Notes: a model not told the origin generated them from the letters alone. 24,339 nt of DNA from Octopus sinensis (GCF_006345805.1 NW_021836371.1:1-24339); one strand, 5' to 3'. Counted from the stretch's first letter, positions 11,433-23,157 are shown. Made by a program: numbers and translations.

Positions 11433-11834
11433 TGGCGGCGGCGGTGGTGGTGGTGGTGATGGCGGTGGTTGTGGTGGTAGTGGTGGTGGTGGTGGTGGTG
11501 GTGGTGGTGTTAGTGGTGTTGGTGGTGGTGGTTGTGGTGGTGGTGGTGGTGGTGGTGGTGGTGGTTGTGGTGGCGGTGGTTGTGGTGTTGGTGGTGGTGG
11601 TGGTATCTGGTGACTGCGTCCATTATCTCCGTTGGCGTTATGCTATGATTTGTGCTGGTCCCTTCATTGGTCGGGATGTCAATACAAAAACAAAAAAAAA
11701 GGCTTTTGTGTTGTAGACAGAATAGATGTGTGATAAACGATATTGGGATGTCCATAGCAATTTGATTGGATGAAAGGATAAGAGACAGACAAATAATAGA
11801 ATATCTTTCATTTCTTTCTCTCTCTCTCTTTCCT

Positions 11835-11878
<44 letters not shown>

Positions 11879-12073
11879 GCTGTTTCTTTTTACTTATTAT
11901 CTTTCGTCCTTTTTCATTTTCTTTTTTAATTCCTGAGATATCCTTAATTTCTTTTGTCTTTCTGTTTCATTCTTTCTTTTCTTTCTCTCTGTCTTTCTTT
12001 CTTTCTTTCATTTTGTCTTTCTTTCTTTCTTTTCTTTCTTTCTGTCTTTCTGTCTTTCTGTCTTTCTTTTTTC

Positions 12074-12119
<46 letters not shown>

Positions 12120-12128
12120 CTCTTTCTG

Positions 12129-12166
<38 letters not shown>

Positions 12167-12350
12167 TTTCTTTCTTTCTTTCTTTCTTATATTCTATTAT
12201 TCTTCTATTTCATTCTTTTCTCACTTTTGTTGATTCGTAGACTTCGTCTTTTCTGCTTGTCTTTCCTGGTGGTGGTGGTGGTGGCGGCGGTGGCGGCGGC
12301 GGCGGCGGTGGCGGTGGCGGTGGCGGTGGCGGTGGCGGCGGTGGTGACAG
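11433..12350 (+). repeat. (GGT)n, (TTTC)n and (GGC/GGT)n microsatellites with short spacers
   Basis: Directly visible. Confidence 0.9.
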
Positions 12351-12770
12351 CAGCTGCGGCAGCGTCGGCGGTGGTCGCCACGGCTGTAGCAGTGGCAGTG
12401 ATGGAGGTAGTGGTGATTCTGGTACTGATGAGATTCTGGTCTTTACTGGTTGTAATATGTGATGGTTGTGGTTTTAAGTTGTTTCTGTTCTTGTTTAGCC
12501 CCACCTCAATCCTGTTCGAGTAGACTTATGATCAAAGACATTCCAGCTATGACGAACACCACTCCAATTTCTTGCTTTATGTCCTGCCTGGGAGCTCAGG
12601 AAGACGTTCAATGTGCTTTTTTCTCAGATGTTGGATGTGTGTAATTTGCCGGATATTAGGAAAGATGCAGTTGGGGAAAACTTTTGTATGGTAGTTTGAT
12701 CTGACGGAAATAGTAACCAAATCTCCCTCAAATTACTCCCTATTATTTCATGTGTGTATATATGTATGTA

Positions 12771-13331
12771 CTAGCAGGTAAGCCCGGTTTCACCTGGTCT
12801 GTTTCGATGATATGGCTGTGATCGTTTTCGGTTAGCCATATCTGAATGAAAATTAAGTTTAGACCTGTACATGGTAGCTAGACCTGGTAGAAATAGCAGC
12901 CAAATCTCCCTCAAAACACCCTACTGTCTTAATCCGACAATTCTGCCTATTATGTAGTTTCAATGAGAAACTAACTAAATATTAAGATTATTAACCCCTC
13001 AAAGAGGTGAAAGAAGCGAGACAACATGACGAACTGTCATCCTGTACTCCCCTTGTTGCTAGCGAAATGGTATATGCCGGCTGTTGCTAGCGAAATGGTA
13101 TATGCCGGTTGTTTTAATGGCAGAACAAACAGGGGAATTCCATTAGAAAACGTTTTAATCAATTTTCTCGGTAAGTATGGGGGCTAGAAAAAAATACAAA
13201 CTGCATTCCAATCTATGCGCCCATCTCCACATGTGTATCATTTTTCACGCGAATCCACCCAGCCGTTTGGCTGTGAACCTCAAGACAAGAAAGAATACAA
13301 CGATCGCCCATGTCCAATTTATATTATAGAT
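12771..13331 (+). mobile_element. Non-autonomous Helitron-like (Lep1/HINE-type) element with both ends
   Basis: 5' a|ctagcaggtaagcccggtttcacctgg and 3' tttttcacgcgaatccacccagccgtttggctgtgaa...atttatattatagat resemble Lep1-type termini; contains a family D unit (~12860-12930) and a 28-bp tandem duplication (13054-13108). Confidence 0.6.
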
Positions 13332-13332
13332 G

Positions 13333-13620
13333 AGGCAATTGGAGAGAGCGCTCCTACATAGTAGCTAGACCTGATAAAGATAGCTGCCAAATCACCCTCA
13401 GATTGCTCCTGACTGTTATATGCATGTATATGTGTTTCAGACAAGCAGTGAAGCGAACCTTTCATGGCAGCTAGATCTAATAGAAATAATAGCCAAATCT
13501 CCCTCAAAACATCCTACTGTTTGCATATATGTATGAGCCAACACGACAGAGACCTTTATATAGTAGCTAGATTTGTTAGAAATGGCAACCAAATTTCCCT
13601 CAAACCACACTACAGTCTTG
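13333..13620 (+). repeat. Family D tandem array, 3 units of ~100 bp
   Basis: gctaga...aaata..agccaaatc.ccctca anchors at 13364, 13470, 13566. Confidence 0.85.
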
Positions 13621-14377
13621 TGTCAAATTTCATCAAAATCGGTGAATTCTGTAAAAGTTACAGCATAAAATATTAATCCTATGGGTAATAGCATTCAAAT
13701 CGTCTATTGATTTCTTAAAATCACCCGCTTACGCGCAATTATTGATTTTTGTCAACTCTTCATGCTGGCATCAACTAATGGACATAAACTGTAATCACGT
13801 ATAAAATCACGTACAAAATCGATAAAAAAATGTCTCTGAGGAAATGCTTATTTGCAGTTGTGCCTTTTTCAAGCCCTTTTGAATTAAATAAACACCTTTA
13901 CTATTTCCCTCACCGCAAAATTCCCCTACATCTCAAATTTCATTAAAATCGGATAAAAGTATAAAAGTTATGGCTAAAAATATAATCCCTATGGGTATTT
14001 GCACGCAAAGAGCCTATTGATTTTATAAAACCACTGCTCAGGCGCAATTATCGATTTTTGTCAACGCCATATACTGGCATCAACTCACAGCCATGAGCTT
14101 CGTTCACTCATTGATTTTCACCAAAATCGGAGAAAAACTACAAAAGCTACAGGAAAAATAACAACGTTATGGGAATTTCCATTCAAACGCCCAAATGAGC
14201 TCACAAAAATCTATGCCAAGTGAGCATTATCGAGTTTTCGAAAAATTCCGGCCTTAATTGAACTTTAGGGCATGTGATCTACCGATGTGCCAAAAATGAT
14301 TAAAATCGGTGGACAGAGTGGGAGGAGTAACCCCTAACACATACACAGACACCATTATACATCTATGTATATAAAAG
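13621..14377 (+). mobile_element. 5'-truncated Helitron-like element with internal degenerate repeats
   Basis: Recurrent caaatttcat.aaaatcgg motif (13624, 13934, ~14115, ~14295); 3' aaaatcggtggacagagtgggaggagt...acacagac...atgtatataaaag. Confidence 0.5.
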
Positions 14378-14449
14378 TATGTATGTATGTATGTATGTAT
14401 GATGTATGTATGTATGTATGTATGTATATATGTATGTATGCATGTATGA

Positions 14450-15030
14450 GTCAACAAAGAAGACTGCCATGTGAGAGCTATTAGAAACATCAGTCAAATC
14501 TCGCTCAAATCACACCCAACTATTTTATGTATGCATGGTCCAATGAGAGAGCGCTCTACATAGTAGCTAGACATACTAAAAAGAGCTGTCAATTCCTCCT
14601 CGGAACGCTCTTGCCTGTCATATGTATGCATATATGCTTGAGAGAAACAGCGAAGATCTTTCATGGCAGCTAGACCTTGTAGAAATAGTAGCCAAATCTC
14701 TCTCAAAACACCCTGCTGCTTTATGTATGCATATATGTTTGGGTGAGCCAACGAAAGAAACCGCTACGTGGTGGCTAGACATGATAAAATAGCAGCCAAA
14801 TCTCCCTCATATCACACCCGATTGACTAATGTATTTATACATGTTTCTGAGAACCAATGAAGAAGACCTCTCCGTGGTAGCTAAACCTAAAAGAAATAGC
14901 AACGAAACTCTTCTCAAATCATAATATACTGTCAAAGGGGGGACATGGTGGATTGTATTGTCAAGGGGGACTGTAACCCTTTGTATCTAAAACAGTAACT
15001 GGTCATGGCTGGATTGTCTTTGATCATATT
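14450..15030 (+). repeat. Family D tandem array (about 5 units) plus family D terminal segment
   Basis: Anchors near 14477, 14566, 14669, 14774, 14880; ggtcatggctggattgtctttgatcata at 15001-15028. Confidence 0.85.
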
Positions 15031-15479
15031 TAGATCTTTTCCACTTAGAGCTTAGCATCAGCAACCACAACATCAGGATTTCCTGTACGTTGTGCATACA
15101 CGTTACGACTATCTCATATAGTGATGTGAAGAGAGGTGAGGTGAGGTGCGGTGAGCTGTAGTATATTATAGCGTGTGTCTCGTGCGACGTGGGACGGCGA
15201 TTGTATGATATAGAATGGTGCAGTGTTGTGTAAGCGGTGCAGGGTGGTGTTGTGTGGCTTGGAACGGTCTAGTAAGGTGTGAAGGAAAAAGAAAGTGAAG
15301 GGGAAGGGTGAATTAAGTGTGTGACTAATACAATGTTATCTTTAAGTCGGCCATGTCAAAATAATCAGTCGTATAGATGATTGTATTGTTGCAAAGAAAG
15401 TTTAAAATTCTATGCGGAATCATTGTCCACCACACCAAAAAGTCGTTAATTGTATGATTTATGTATGTATATATGTGCA

Positions 15480-15526
15480 CGCAACTATATATATATATGT
15501 GTGCGTGTATTATATGCATGTATATG

Positions 15527-15597
<71 letters not shown>

Positions 15598-15644
15598 CAT
15601 ATATGTGTATACATTATATATGTTTGTGTATATATATATATACA

Positions 15645-15715
<71 letters not shown>

Positions 15716-15961
15716 GGAACGAGAGATAGGAAGAGCTACTAAAATATGATGGAAGTGTGAGATAGTGATATATTAAGAAGAGAGAGAGGAGATACAAGAT
15801 AGGATATTATCTTCTCGCTCCTTTCTCTCGCTCCTTCTCTCTCCTCCTCTCTTACAAACACATACATTACTCTCCATCTTCTCTCATCCATAACCTAGTT
15901 TTCTCAGCTCCCCCTCTATTCCCCCCGCCACCATTAATATATTATATATATATATATATAA

Positions 15962-15992
<31 letters not shown>

Positions 15993-16846
15993 CATTATAT
16001 ACATACACATATATATATATTCGTATATATATATGTTATATATATTTTTGAAAGAGAGTGAGAATGAGAAGATATAGGACCAGTAGAGAGATATGGAGAG
16101 TGGTAGAGAGAAAAAGAGAGAGTAGGGAAGATGTAGAAAGTGAGGAAGAGAATTAGATGATGAGAAAGAAGAGAGTGAGAGTCAAGAGTAGAAAGAAAGT
16201 GTAAGAGAAGATAAAAAGAAGAGGAGAATAAAGGATTGTGAAATGGGAGGTTATCGGTAAATTTGGTATTGTTGTTGTAATGGTGGTGGTGGTGGTGGTA
16301 TAATTTTAAAAGACGACATATAGAGAGACAGAGAGGGAAGAGAGTTGGGGAGAGAGAGATGGCGAAGGTTGGAGAAAGAGAGAGAGAGAGATTGCTGGAG
16401 ATAAAAAGAGTTCGGGAGAGATCGACAGAGACAGAGATAGAAAGCTGGGGAGGGGGAGTTCGAGAGAGAGAGAGAGACAGACAGACAGAGATGGAATTGG
16501 AGAGAGAGAGAGAGAGACAGAGAGAGAGAGAGACAAAGATGGAATTGGAGAGAGAGAGAGAGAGAGAGAGTTGGAAAAATAGAAATTTAGGGAGAAATAG
16601 CTGGAAAGAGAGAGAGAGAGAGAGAGAAAGTGAGAGAGAGAGAGAGAGAGAAAGTGAGAGAGAGAGAGAGAGAAAGTGAAAGAGAGAGAGAAAGTGAGAG
16701 AGAGAGAGAAAGTGAGAGAGAGAGAGAAAGTGAGAGAGAGAGAGAAAGTGAGAGAGAGAGAGAGAGTTGAGAAAAAAGGAGAGGGTTGAGAAAAGGGAGA
16801 GAGGTAGAGAAAGAGAACGAAAGAGAAGCGATGACTGATTGTGTGT

Positions 16847-16878
<32 letters not shown>

Positions 16879-16920
16879 GCAGAGAGAGGCAGAGAGAAGA
16901 AAAGTGAAGAAGAGACGGAG
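15480..16920 (+). repeat. (TA)n and (GA)n blocks, including a GA-run+aaagt minisatellite at ~16620-16750
   Basis: Directly visible; source of the 360-aa Leu/Ser ORF. Confidence 0.9.
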
Positions 16921-16964
16921 AAACGTAATATGAATCTAAGATTCCGATGTGAAGGGGAAAAATC

Positions 16965-17103
16965 TGTCCAACATGTCTGCCGCCGCTGTTGAAGTTGTTG
17001 TTGTCATCGTTGCCGTCGTCGTTATTGTTGTTGTTGTTGTTATTGTTGTTGTGCTCGAGCAACCAATAAAGGAGCAAAATGGACCGTTGATTATCGGAAT
17101 AGA
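16965..17103 (+). repeat. Arm 1 of a perfect 139-bp inverted duplication
   Basis: Exact reverse complement of 18419-18557, base by base, including the TTG microsatellite length. Confidence 0.95.
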
Positions 17104-17139
17104 CAACAATAAGTGTCTTTTAGTAAACATAAAAAGACA

Positions 17140-17300
17140 GAGCGAAAGAAAGCGAACGCCGCCGTCTTACTTTCTTGTTAGCAAAGCGAAAATATTGAAA
17201 TGAAAACGTTCCGCTTATTTCATTGCAATCTTTTGTAACGGGCGACGTTCGGCCATCTTGGTGGCAAATGTGTGCGACGTGATGCGCGTGCGGTGATGTG
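17140..17300. promoter_or_regulatory. CpG-rich unique patch with YY1-like motif; possible promoter or non-coding first exon (minus)
   Basis: cggccatcttgg at 17250-17261 (minus ccaagATGGCCg, resembling the YY1 consensus CAAGATGGCGGC); minus-strand donor A|gtaaga at 17171/17170; locally high CpG. Confidence 0.35.
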
Positions 17301-17319
17301 TGCGCGTGATCATATGTGT

Positions 17320-17391
17320 GTATACATACATACATACATACATACATACATACATACACACACACATATATATATATATATGTTGTGTATA

Positions 17392-17443
<52 letters not shown>

Positions 17444-17474
17444 ATATATATATTTATTATATATATATATATGC

Positions 17475-17518
<44 letters not shown>

Positions 17519-17601
17519 TATATATATATATAATTTTATATATATATATATTTATATATATATATATTTATATATATATATATATGCATACATATATACT
17601 G

Positions 17602-17670
<69 letters not shown>

Positions 17671-17692
17671 ATACATATATATATGTATGTAT

Positions 17693-17734
<42 letters not shown>

Positions 17735-17880
17735 GTATGTATGTATATATATATATATGATGTATGTGTGTGTGTGTATTATATATATATATATATATAT
17801 GTAAGTATGTATGTATGTATGTATGTATGTATGTATGTATGTATGTATGTATGTATGTATGTATGTATGTATGCATATAT
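17320..17880 (+). repeat. (ACAT)n/(TA)n/(ATGT)n microsatellite block
   Basis: Directly visible. Confidence 0.95.
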
Positions 17881-18114
17881 GACTGTTTATGGCAATTATT
17901 TTCTCCCCATTTATTTCAATATATGAAGGAAGTGGTCATAAAGTGAGGGAACGATAATATACCTTCTCCAACGAGTTTCTGACAGAAATTATTACGAGCA
18001 CGAAAACCACTCAGAACCAGAAATTCTAGAATTGGACACAAAATTCCATATGAAAAAAATCTGATGATTCTATTTTTCCATCCGGGATATTTTGCTAAAT
18101 GCTTCCTTTCATAA

Positions 18115-18639
18115 GTGCAGGCGTGGCTATGTAGTAGAAAGTTTGCTTCTCAAACACATGGTTCTGGGTTCAATTCCACTGCGTGGTACCTTGAGCAAGT
18201 GTCTTTTAATATAGCCTCGGCCGACAAAACTTTGTAAGAGGATTTGGTAGACGGAAACTGAAAGAAGCCTGTCGTATATATATATATGTGTGTGTGTGGT
18301 GTGTGTTCGTGTGAGTATGTATGTGTGTGTATGTATGTGTGTGTGTATTCATATATATATATATATATATAACAATTAGGAATGGCCTAAACAGGCCATT
18401 CGTCCACCAGAAAGGTTATCTATTCCGATAATCAACGGTCCATTTTGCTCCTTTATTGGTTGCTCGAGCACAACAACAATAACAACAACAACAACAATAA
18501 CGACGACGGCAACGATGACAACAACAACTTCAACAGCGGCGGCAGACATGTTGGACATATATATATATATATATACATAATAAATACATACATATACACA
18601 CACACACATATATATAAACATATATACACACATATGTAT

Positions 18640-18672
<33 letters not shown>

Positions 18673-18969
18673 CATTTACTTGTGTGTGTGCGTGCATGTG
18701 TGTATGTGTGTGTGTTTGTGTGTATGCGTATGTGAGTGTTTGTGTGTGTGTGTGTGTGACGTTGTGTCTGTGTTTGTCCCCCACAGCCACCTTGAAAACC
18801 GGTGTTGGTGTGTTTACGTGACTTAGCATTTCGACAAAAGAGACCGATAGAATAAGTACCAGGCTTTAAAAGAAAGTGCTGGCGTCTATTCTTTCGAATA
18901 GAACCTCTCGAAGGCGGTACCCCAGCATGGCCGCAGTCTAATGACTGAAACATGTAAAAGATAAAAGAT
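18115..18969 (+). mobile_element. SINE family B copy split by an expanded internal microsatellite carrying a 187-bp insertion
   Basis: 5' half 18115-18275, 3' half ~18765-18969; insertion 18371-18557 between TA runs. Confidence 0.85.
18419..18557 (-). repeat. Arm 2 of the perfect 139-bp inverted duplication
   Basis: Exact reverse complement of 16965-17103. Confidence 0.95.
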
Positions 18970-19318
18970 CATACATATTCCGTCTTTGAGTTATACTTTA
19001 GTTTCAAATTTTGGCACAAGGCCAGCAATTTCGGGCAGGACAACGATCTTCGGCTCACTCCCGTATATTATGCATTTTAAACACATGCCAATGAAGAGAT
19101 TTTCTCTCAGACAAAACTCACAGCATCGTACCTTTAAACAGTATATCTACATCTAGATTAAAACATAGATCTCAATTCTGAGTTACAGTTATTCTTCTAA
19201 TACGAATATTTCTATTGCTTATAAACTTGTGGTGCACCTGAGCATTGTATACAATAATTTCATTATTATTATTATTTTTTATAAATTTACTGAACATGAG
19301 TATACTCTATACTCTTTT

Positions 19319-19708
19319 AATCTTTTACTTGTTTCAGTCATTTGACTGCGGCCATGCCTTTAATCGAGAAACTCGACCCCGGGACTTATTCTTCTGTAAG
19401 CCCAGTACTTATTCTATCGGTCTCTTTTGCCGAACCGCTAAGTTACGGGGACATAAACACACCAGCATTGGTTGTCAAGCAATGCTAGGGGGACAAACAC
19501 AGACACACAAACACACACACGCATATATATACATATACAAATATACGACGGGATTCTTTCAGTTTCCGTCTACCAAATCCACTCACAAGGCTTTGGTCGG
19601 CCCGAGGCTATAGTAGAAGACACTTGCCCAAGGTGCCACACGGTGGGACTGAACCCGGAACCATGTGGTTGGTAAACAAGCTACTTACCACACAGCCACT
19701 CCTGCGCC
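19319..19708 (-). mobile_element. SINE family B, full length
   Basis: Reverse complement ggcgcaggagtggctgtgtggtaagtagc...gactgaaacaagtaaaaga. Confidence 0.92.
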
Positions 19709-20123
19709 TATACATGCAGAAATACTGACACAAGCTTACTAAATAAGTCATGTAAGGCTGAGGTTATTATATACGAAGCGGGGGTTAAACTCCACTAAAC
19801 CAAACTTTAATGTAATGTCATATATAACAGCTTAGAAAAATCTCTCACTAAAAGACCTCCATAATATTACTAGCTATTTAGATGTAAAGACTGAAATGAC
19901 AACTAAATTTGACTAGTTTGGTATTTATTGACAGACTGAAATTGAACACCGCCATTACACTAAACAGCTTTACGCTCAACTTTCACCTGTTCTTCGCAGG
20001 TATACTTCACGTTTCCACGTAACCAAACGATATTTCCCACATAACCAAAGCATAAATAAAGCCATTTTATGCGATGTATTAACAATTGTAATCCTGTGTT
20101 GCGAGCATGCGCATTTTTCTTAT

Positions 20124-20300
20124 CATTTACTTATTTCAGTCGTTACACTGGCACCATGTTGAGCAGAGCATTGTAGGGTATTAGCCAAAAGAATCGACCC
20201 CCCCCCCGCTCCCAGTACTTTTCAGGTATTTAAAGCCTGGTACTTATTGTATCGGTTTCTTATGCCGAGCCGCTAAGCTATGGAGTCGTAAACAAACCGT
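20124..20300 (-). mobile_element. SINE family B, old 3' fragment
   Basis: Degenerate match to the B tail (ttcagtc, aatcgacccc, cctggtacttattgtatcgg, gccgagccgctaag). Confidence 0.7.
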
Positions 20301-20357
20301 CTTTTGTCAAAGACACACACATACACACTCACGCATACATATATGCAGACATACATA

Positions 20358-20668
20358 TGGAGGCACATGGCCTAGTGGTTAGAGTAGTGGACTCGCGGTC
20401 GAGTGATAGCGGGTTCGAATCTCAGACCGAGCGATGTGTGTGTTTATGAGCGAAAACACCTAAGCTCCACGTGGCTCCGGCAGAAGGCAATGGCGAACTT
20501 CTGCTGATTTTTTTCGCCACAACTTTCTCTGTCTTTCCCCCTGCATCTTGCAACTCACCTGCGACGAACCGGTATCCCGTCCAGGTGGGGAACCTATCCG
20601 CCAAGGAAACCGGGAAACCGGCCATTATGAGCCAGGCATGGCTCGAGAAGGAACAAACAACAAACAAC
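20358..20668 (+). mobile_element. SINE family C, full length, third tail type ending (ACAA)n
   Basis: tggaggcacatggcctagtggttagag...ggttcgaatctc; shared body; acatacata on both flanks (possible TSD, but within a microsatellite). Confidence 0.88.
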
Positions 20669-20696
20669 ATACATACATATATACATATTTATTATT

Positions 20697-21057
20697 TTAT
20701 TCTTCTACTTGTTTCAGTCATTTGACTGCGGTCATGCTGGAGCACCGCCTTTACTCGAGCAAATCGACCCCAGGACTTATTCATCGTAAACCTAGTACAT
20801 AATCTATAGGTCTCTTTTGCCGAATCCCTAGGTTTCGGGGACGTAAACACACCAACGTCGGTCGTCAAGCAATGGTGAGGGGGACAAACACAGACACACA
20901 CATAAACATATACATATATTCGACGGGATTCTTTCAGTTTCCGTCGACCAAATCTACTCACAAGGCCTTGGTCACCCAAGGCTATATTAGAAGGCACTTG
21001 CCCAAGATGCCATGCAGTGGAACTGAACCCGAAACTAGCTTCTTACCACACAACTGT
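20697..21057 (-). mobile_element. SINE family B copy with deletion in the head
   Basis: Aligns with 19319-19708. Confidence 0.88.
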
Positions 21058-21059
21058 GC

Positions 21060-21091
<32 letters not shown>

Positions 21092-21110
21092 TATTATATC
21101 AAGAGAGAGA

Positions 21111-21217
21111 TGGGTAGATAGATAGATAGATAGATAGATACATACATACATACATACATACATACATACACGCACATAAACATACAGACTTATACATATA
21201 TAACCCTAGATAGCTGC

Positions 21218-21264
<47 letters not shown>

Positions 21265-21270
21265 TCAGAC

Positions 21271-21365
<95 letters not shown>
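21111..21365 (+). repeat. (AGAT)n/(ACAT)n/(AGAC)n tetranucleotide microsatellites
   Basis: Directly visible. Confidence 0.95.
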
Positions 21366-21367
<2 letters not shown>

Positions 21368-21684
21368 TGCAAAAACGGGAATTGAAAGGGAGAGATAGAG
21401 CAAGTCACAAGGAGGGGATAAAGAGAAACAGAATAGGGAGCTGGTAGGGAATGTTTAAGGGAGTGAAGTGTAAACTAATTTATCCTCGATCGTTTGTGTT
21501 ATGAGTTTACCCTGTAAATATATTACTGTTTCGTTAATCAATTCCACCAATAGAAACACTAGTCTTTAATCAAAAAATACTTCCATTCCACCCTGATGCT
21601 CCACTTGACGCAGCCACGATTCAGTGGGAAAGCCTCCACTAGGTTGCTCAACACACTAGAAATAGCAGCCATATATATATATAT

Positions 21685-22093
21685 TTGTTTATTACCCACA
21701 AGGGGCTAAACACAGAGAGGACAGACAAGGACAGACAAACGGATTAAGTCGATTACGTCGACCCCAGTGCGTAACTGGTACTTAATTTATTGACCCCGAA
21801 AGGATGAAAGGCAAGTCGACCGCGGCGGAATTTGAACCCAGATTATAACGGCAGACGAAATACGGCTAAGCATTTCGCCCGGCGTGCGAACGTTTCTGCC
21901 AGCTCGCCGCCTTTTTAACGGATTAAGTCGATTATATCGACCCCAGTGCGTAACTGGTACTTAATTTATCAACCCCGAAAGTATGAAAGGCAAAGTCGAC
22001 CTCGGCGGAATTTGAACCCAGAACGCAGTGGCAGACGAAATACGGCTACGCATTTCGCCCGGCGTGCTAACGGTTCTGCCAGCTCACCGCCTT
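21685..22093 (-). mobile_element. Tandem dimer of SINE family A (21685-21913 full length; ~21918-22093 lacking the 3' end)
   Basis: Two highly similar copies joined at ttaatccgttaaaaaggcggcgag (minus strand). Confidence 0.92.
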
Positions 22094-22717
22094 TATCTGA
22101 AACGAAACACTACTGGCTTTAAAATAAGCTATATAGGTTATCATCTTCACCATAAAAGGCTTATGAATACACAAGAAATTGAGGCTAGTAAAACTGCAAT
22201 ATTATAGCAATCGTTCTCTACAGGGTAGAAACTCAGATAATGTTCAGGTATCGAGATGAAATACAAGCCTTTGAAATGTGGATTTTTTTTTCACATAGTG
22301 CCATTTAAGGAAGAATTAGAAACGACAACTTATAGAGTTTATACACTTAGTATGATAGACAGAGGGTGATTTTAATTAAATGCTTTTACTGTTGCGCCCA
22401 CAGAATTTTATACAGCCTGATGAGCTTCACGCAATATCAGTGAATGTACCATCCACTGTTTTGTGTGTGAATGTGTGTGTGTGTCAAACGGGAGCAGGGC
22501 ATTGACAAGTCCTTGGTTAAATTAAATACGTCTGTCGTACTCATGCACCTCATCTGCAACGATGTTTGTTTCGCTTCGCTGTATATTGTATTTTTAACAC
22601 TACATGTCTATGAGGAGATTTTCTCTCAGACAAATTCACAGCATCATGCCTTTCAATTGTAGTATATCTTGGGCTGTTTTAAAATACAATGTTTCTTTTT
22701 CCGTCACTATGGTTAAT

Positions 22718-22842
22718 AGGGCGGTGATAGAATCGTTAGCACGGCGGACAGAATTCTTTCCGTTATTTTCTCTGGTTATTTACGTTCTTTGTTCAAATTC
22801 GCCAAGGTCGACTTTGCCTTTCATCCTTTCGGAGTCAAGTAC
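22718..22842 (+). mobile_element. SINE family A, old truncated copy
   Basis: gatagaatcgttagcacggcgg...gttcaaattcgccaaggtcgactttgcctttcatcctttcgg. Confidence 0.8.
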
Positions 22843-23051
22843 TGTATTTTTGTAATTAACGTGTCCCTTCCTCTGAAACATTATTAGCCTTGAACTTTGC
22901 AACGGATCGTCGTCCCATTCAAGGGCAGTATTGTGATATCAGTTACTTACACTCCATGAAAATAGGGTAACCAGCCTTATGAGTTCTGACGTACTAGAAT
23001 TTTTTTTTAAATTCTCCATGATTGAAAAAGAAATAATTTTATCAATCACAG

Positions 23052-23157
23052 TAGAAAGTTCTTAATTGAGGATTTTACATTCAACGAGAAAGGAAGAATA
23101 AACCAGATGATGCTACGAAGTCTCTTCTTTTTACAAGATGGTGACCGAATGAGGTGT
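23052..23157 (+). CDS. Candidate internal coding exon, 106 nt: (x)RKFLIEDFTFNEKGRINQMMLRSLFFLQDGDRMRC; product unidentified
   Basis: Acceptor tttatcaatcacag| at 23051 (NAGNAG alternative tag at 23054), canonical donor TGT|gtaagt at 23158, stop-free frame with protein-like composition in AT-rich unique DNA. Confidence 0.45.

Noticed and set aside
13333-14930. Regularly spaced ~100-bp repeats as a CRISPR-like array
   Set aside because: Whole units are homologous and degenerate with no unique spacers; eukaryotic context and no cas genes.
15995-17077. 360-aa minus-strand ORF
   Set aside because: Runs through (GA)n, (TA)n and TTG microsatellites; the Leu/Ser/His/Asn runs are repeat translations.
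16949-17203. ORF MKGKNLSNMSAAAVEVVV...
   Set aside because: Largely a TTG microsatellite, with no convincing donor or recognisable domain.
20358-20425. tRNA gene-like sequence (also the heads of families A, B and C)
   Set aside because: These are SINE heads continuing directly into SINE bodies; no complete cloverleaf or T-run terminator was seen.
22224-22247. 24-nt plus-strand microexon candidate (ttctctacag|...CAG|gtatcg)
   Set aside because: The donor is mediocre and such matches are expected by chance; it needs RNA-seq support.
22417-22450. ctgatgag followed by a ttcac/gtgaa hairpin
   Set aside because: No CGAAA or stem III/UH in register; not a hammerhead.
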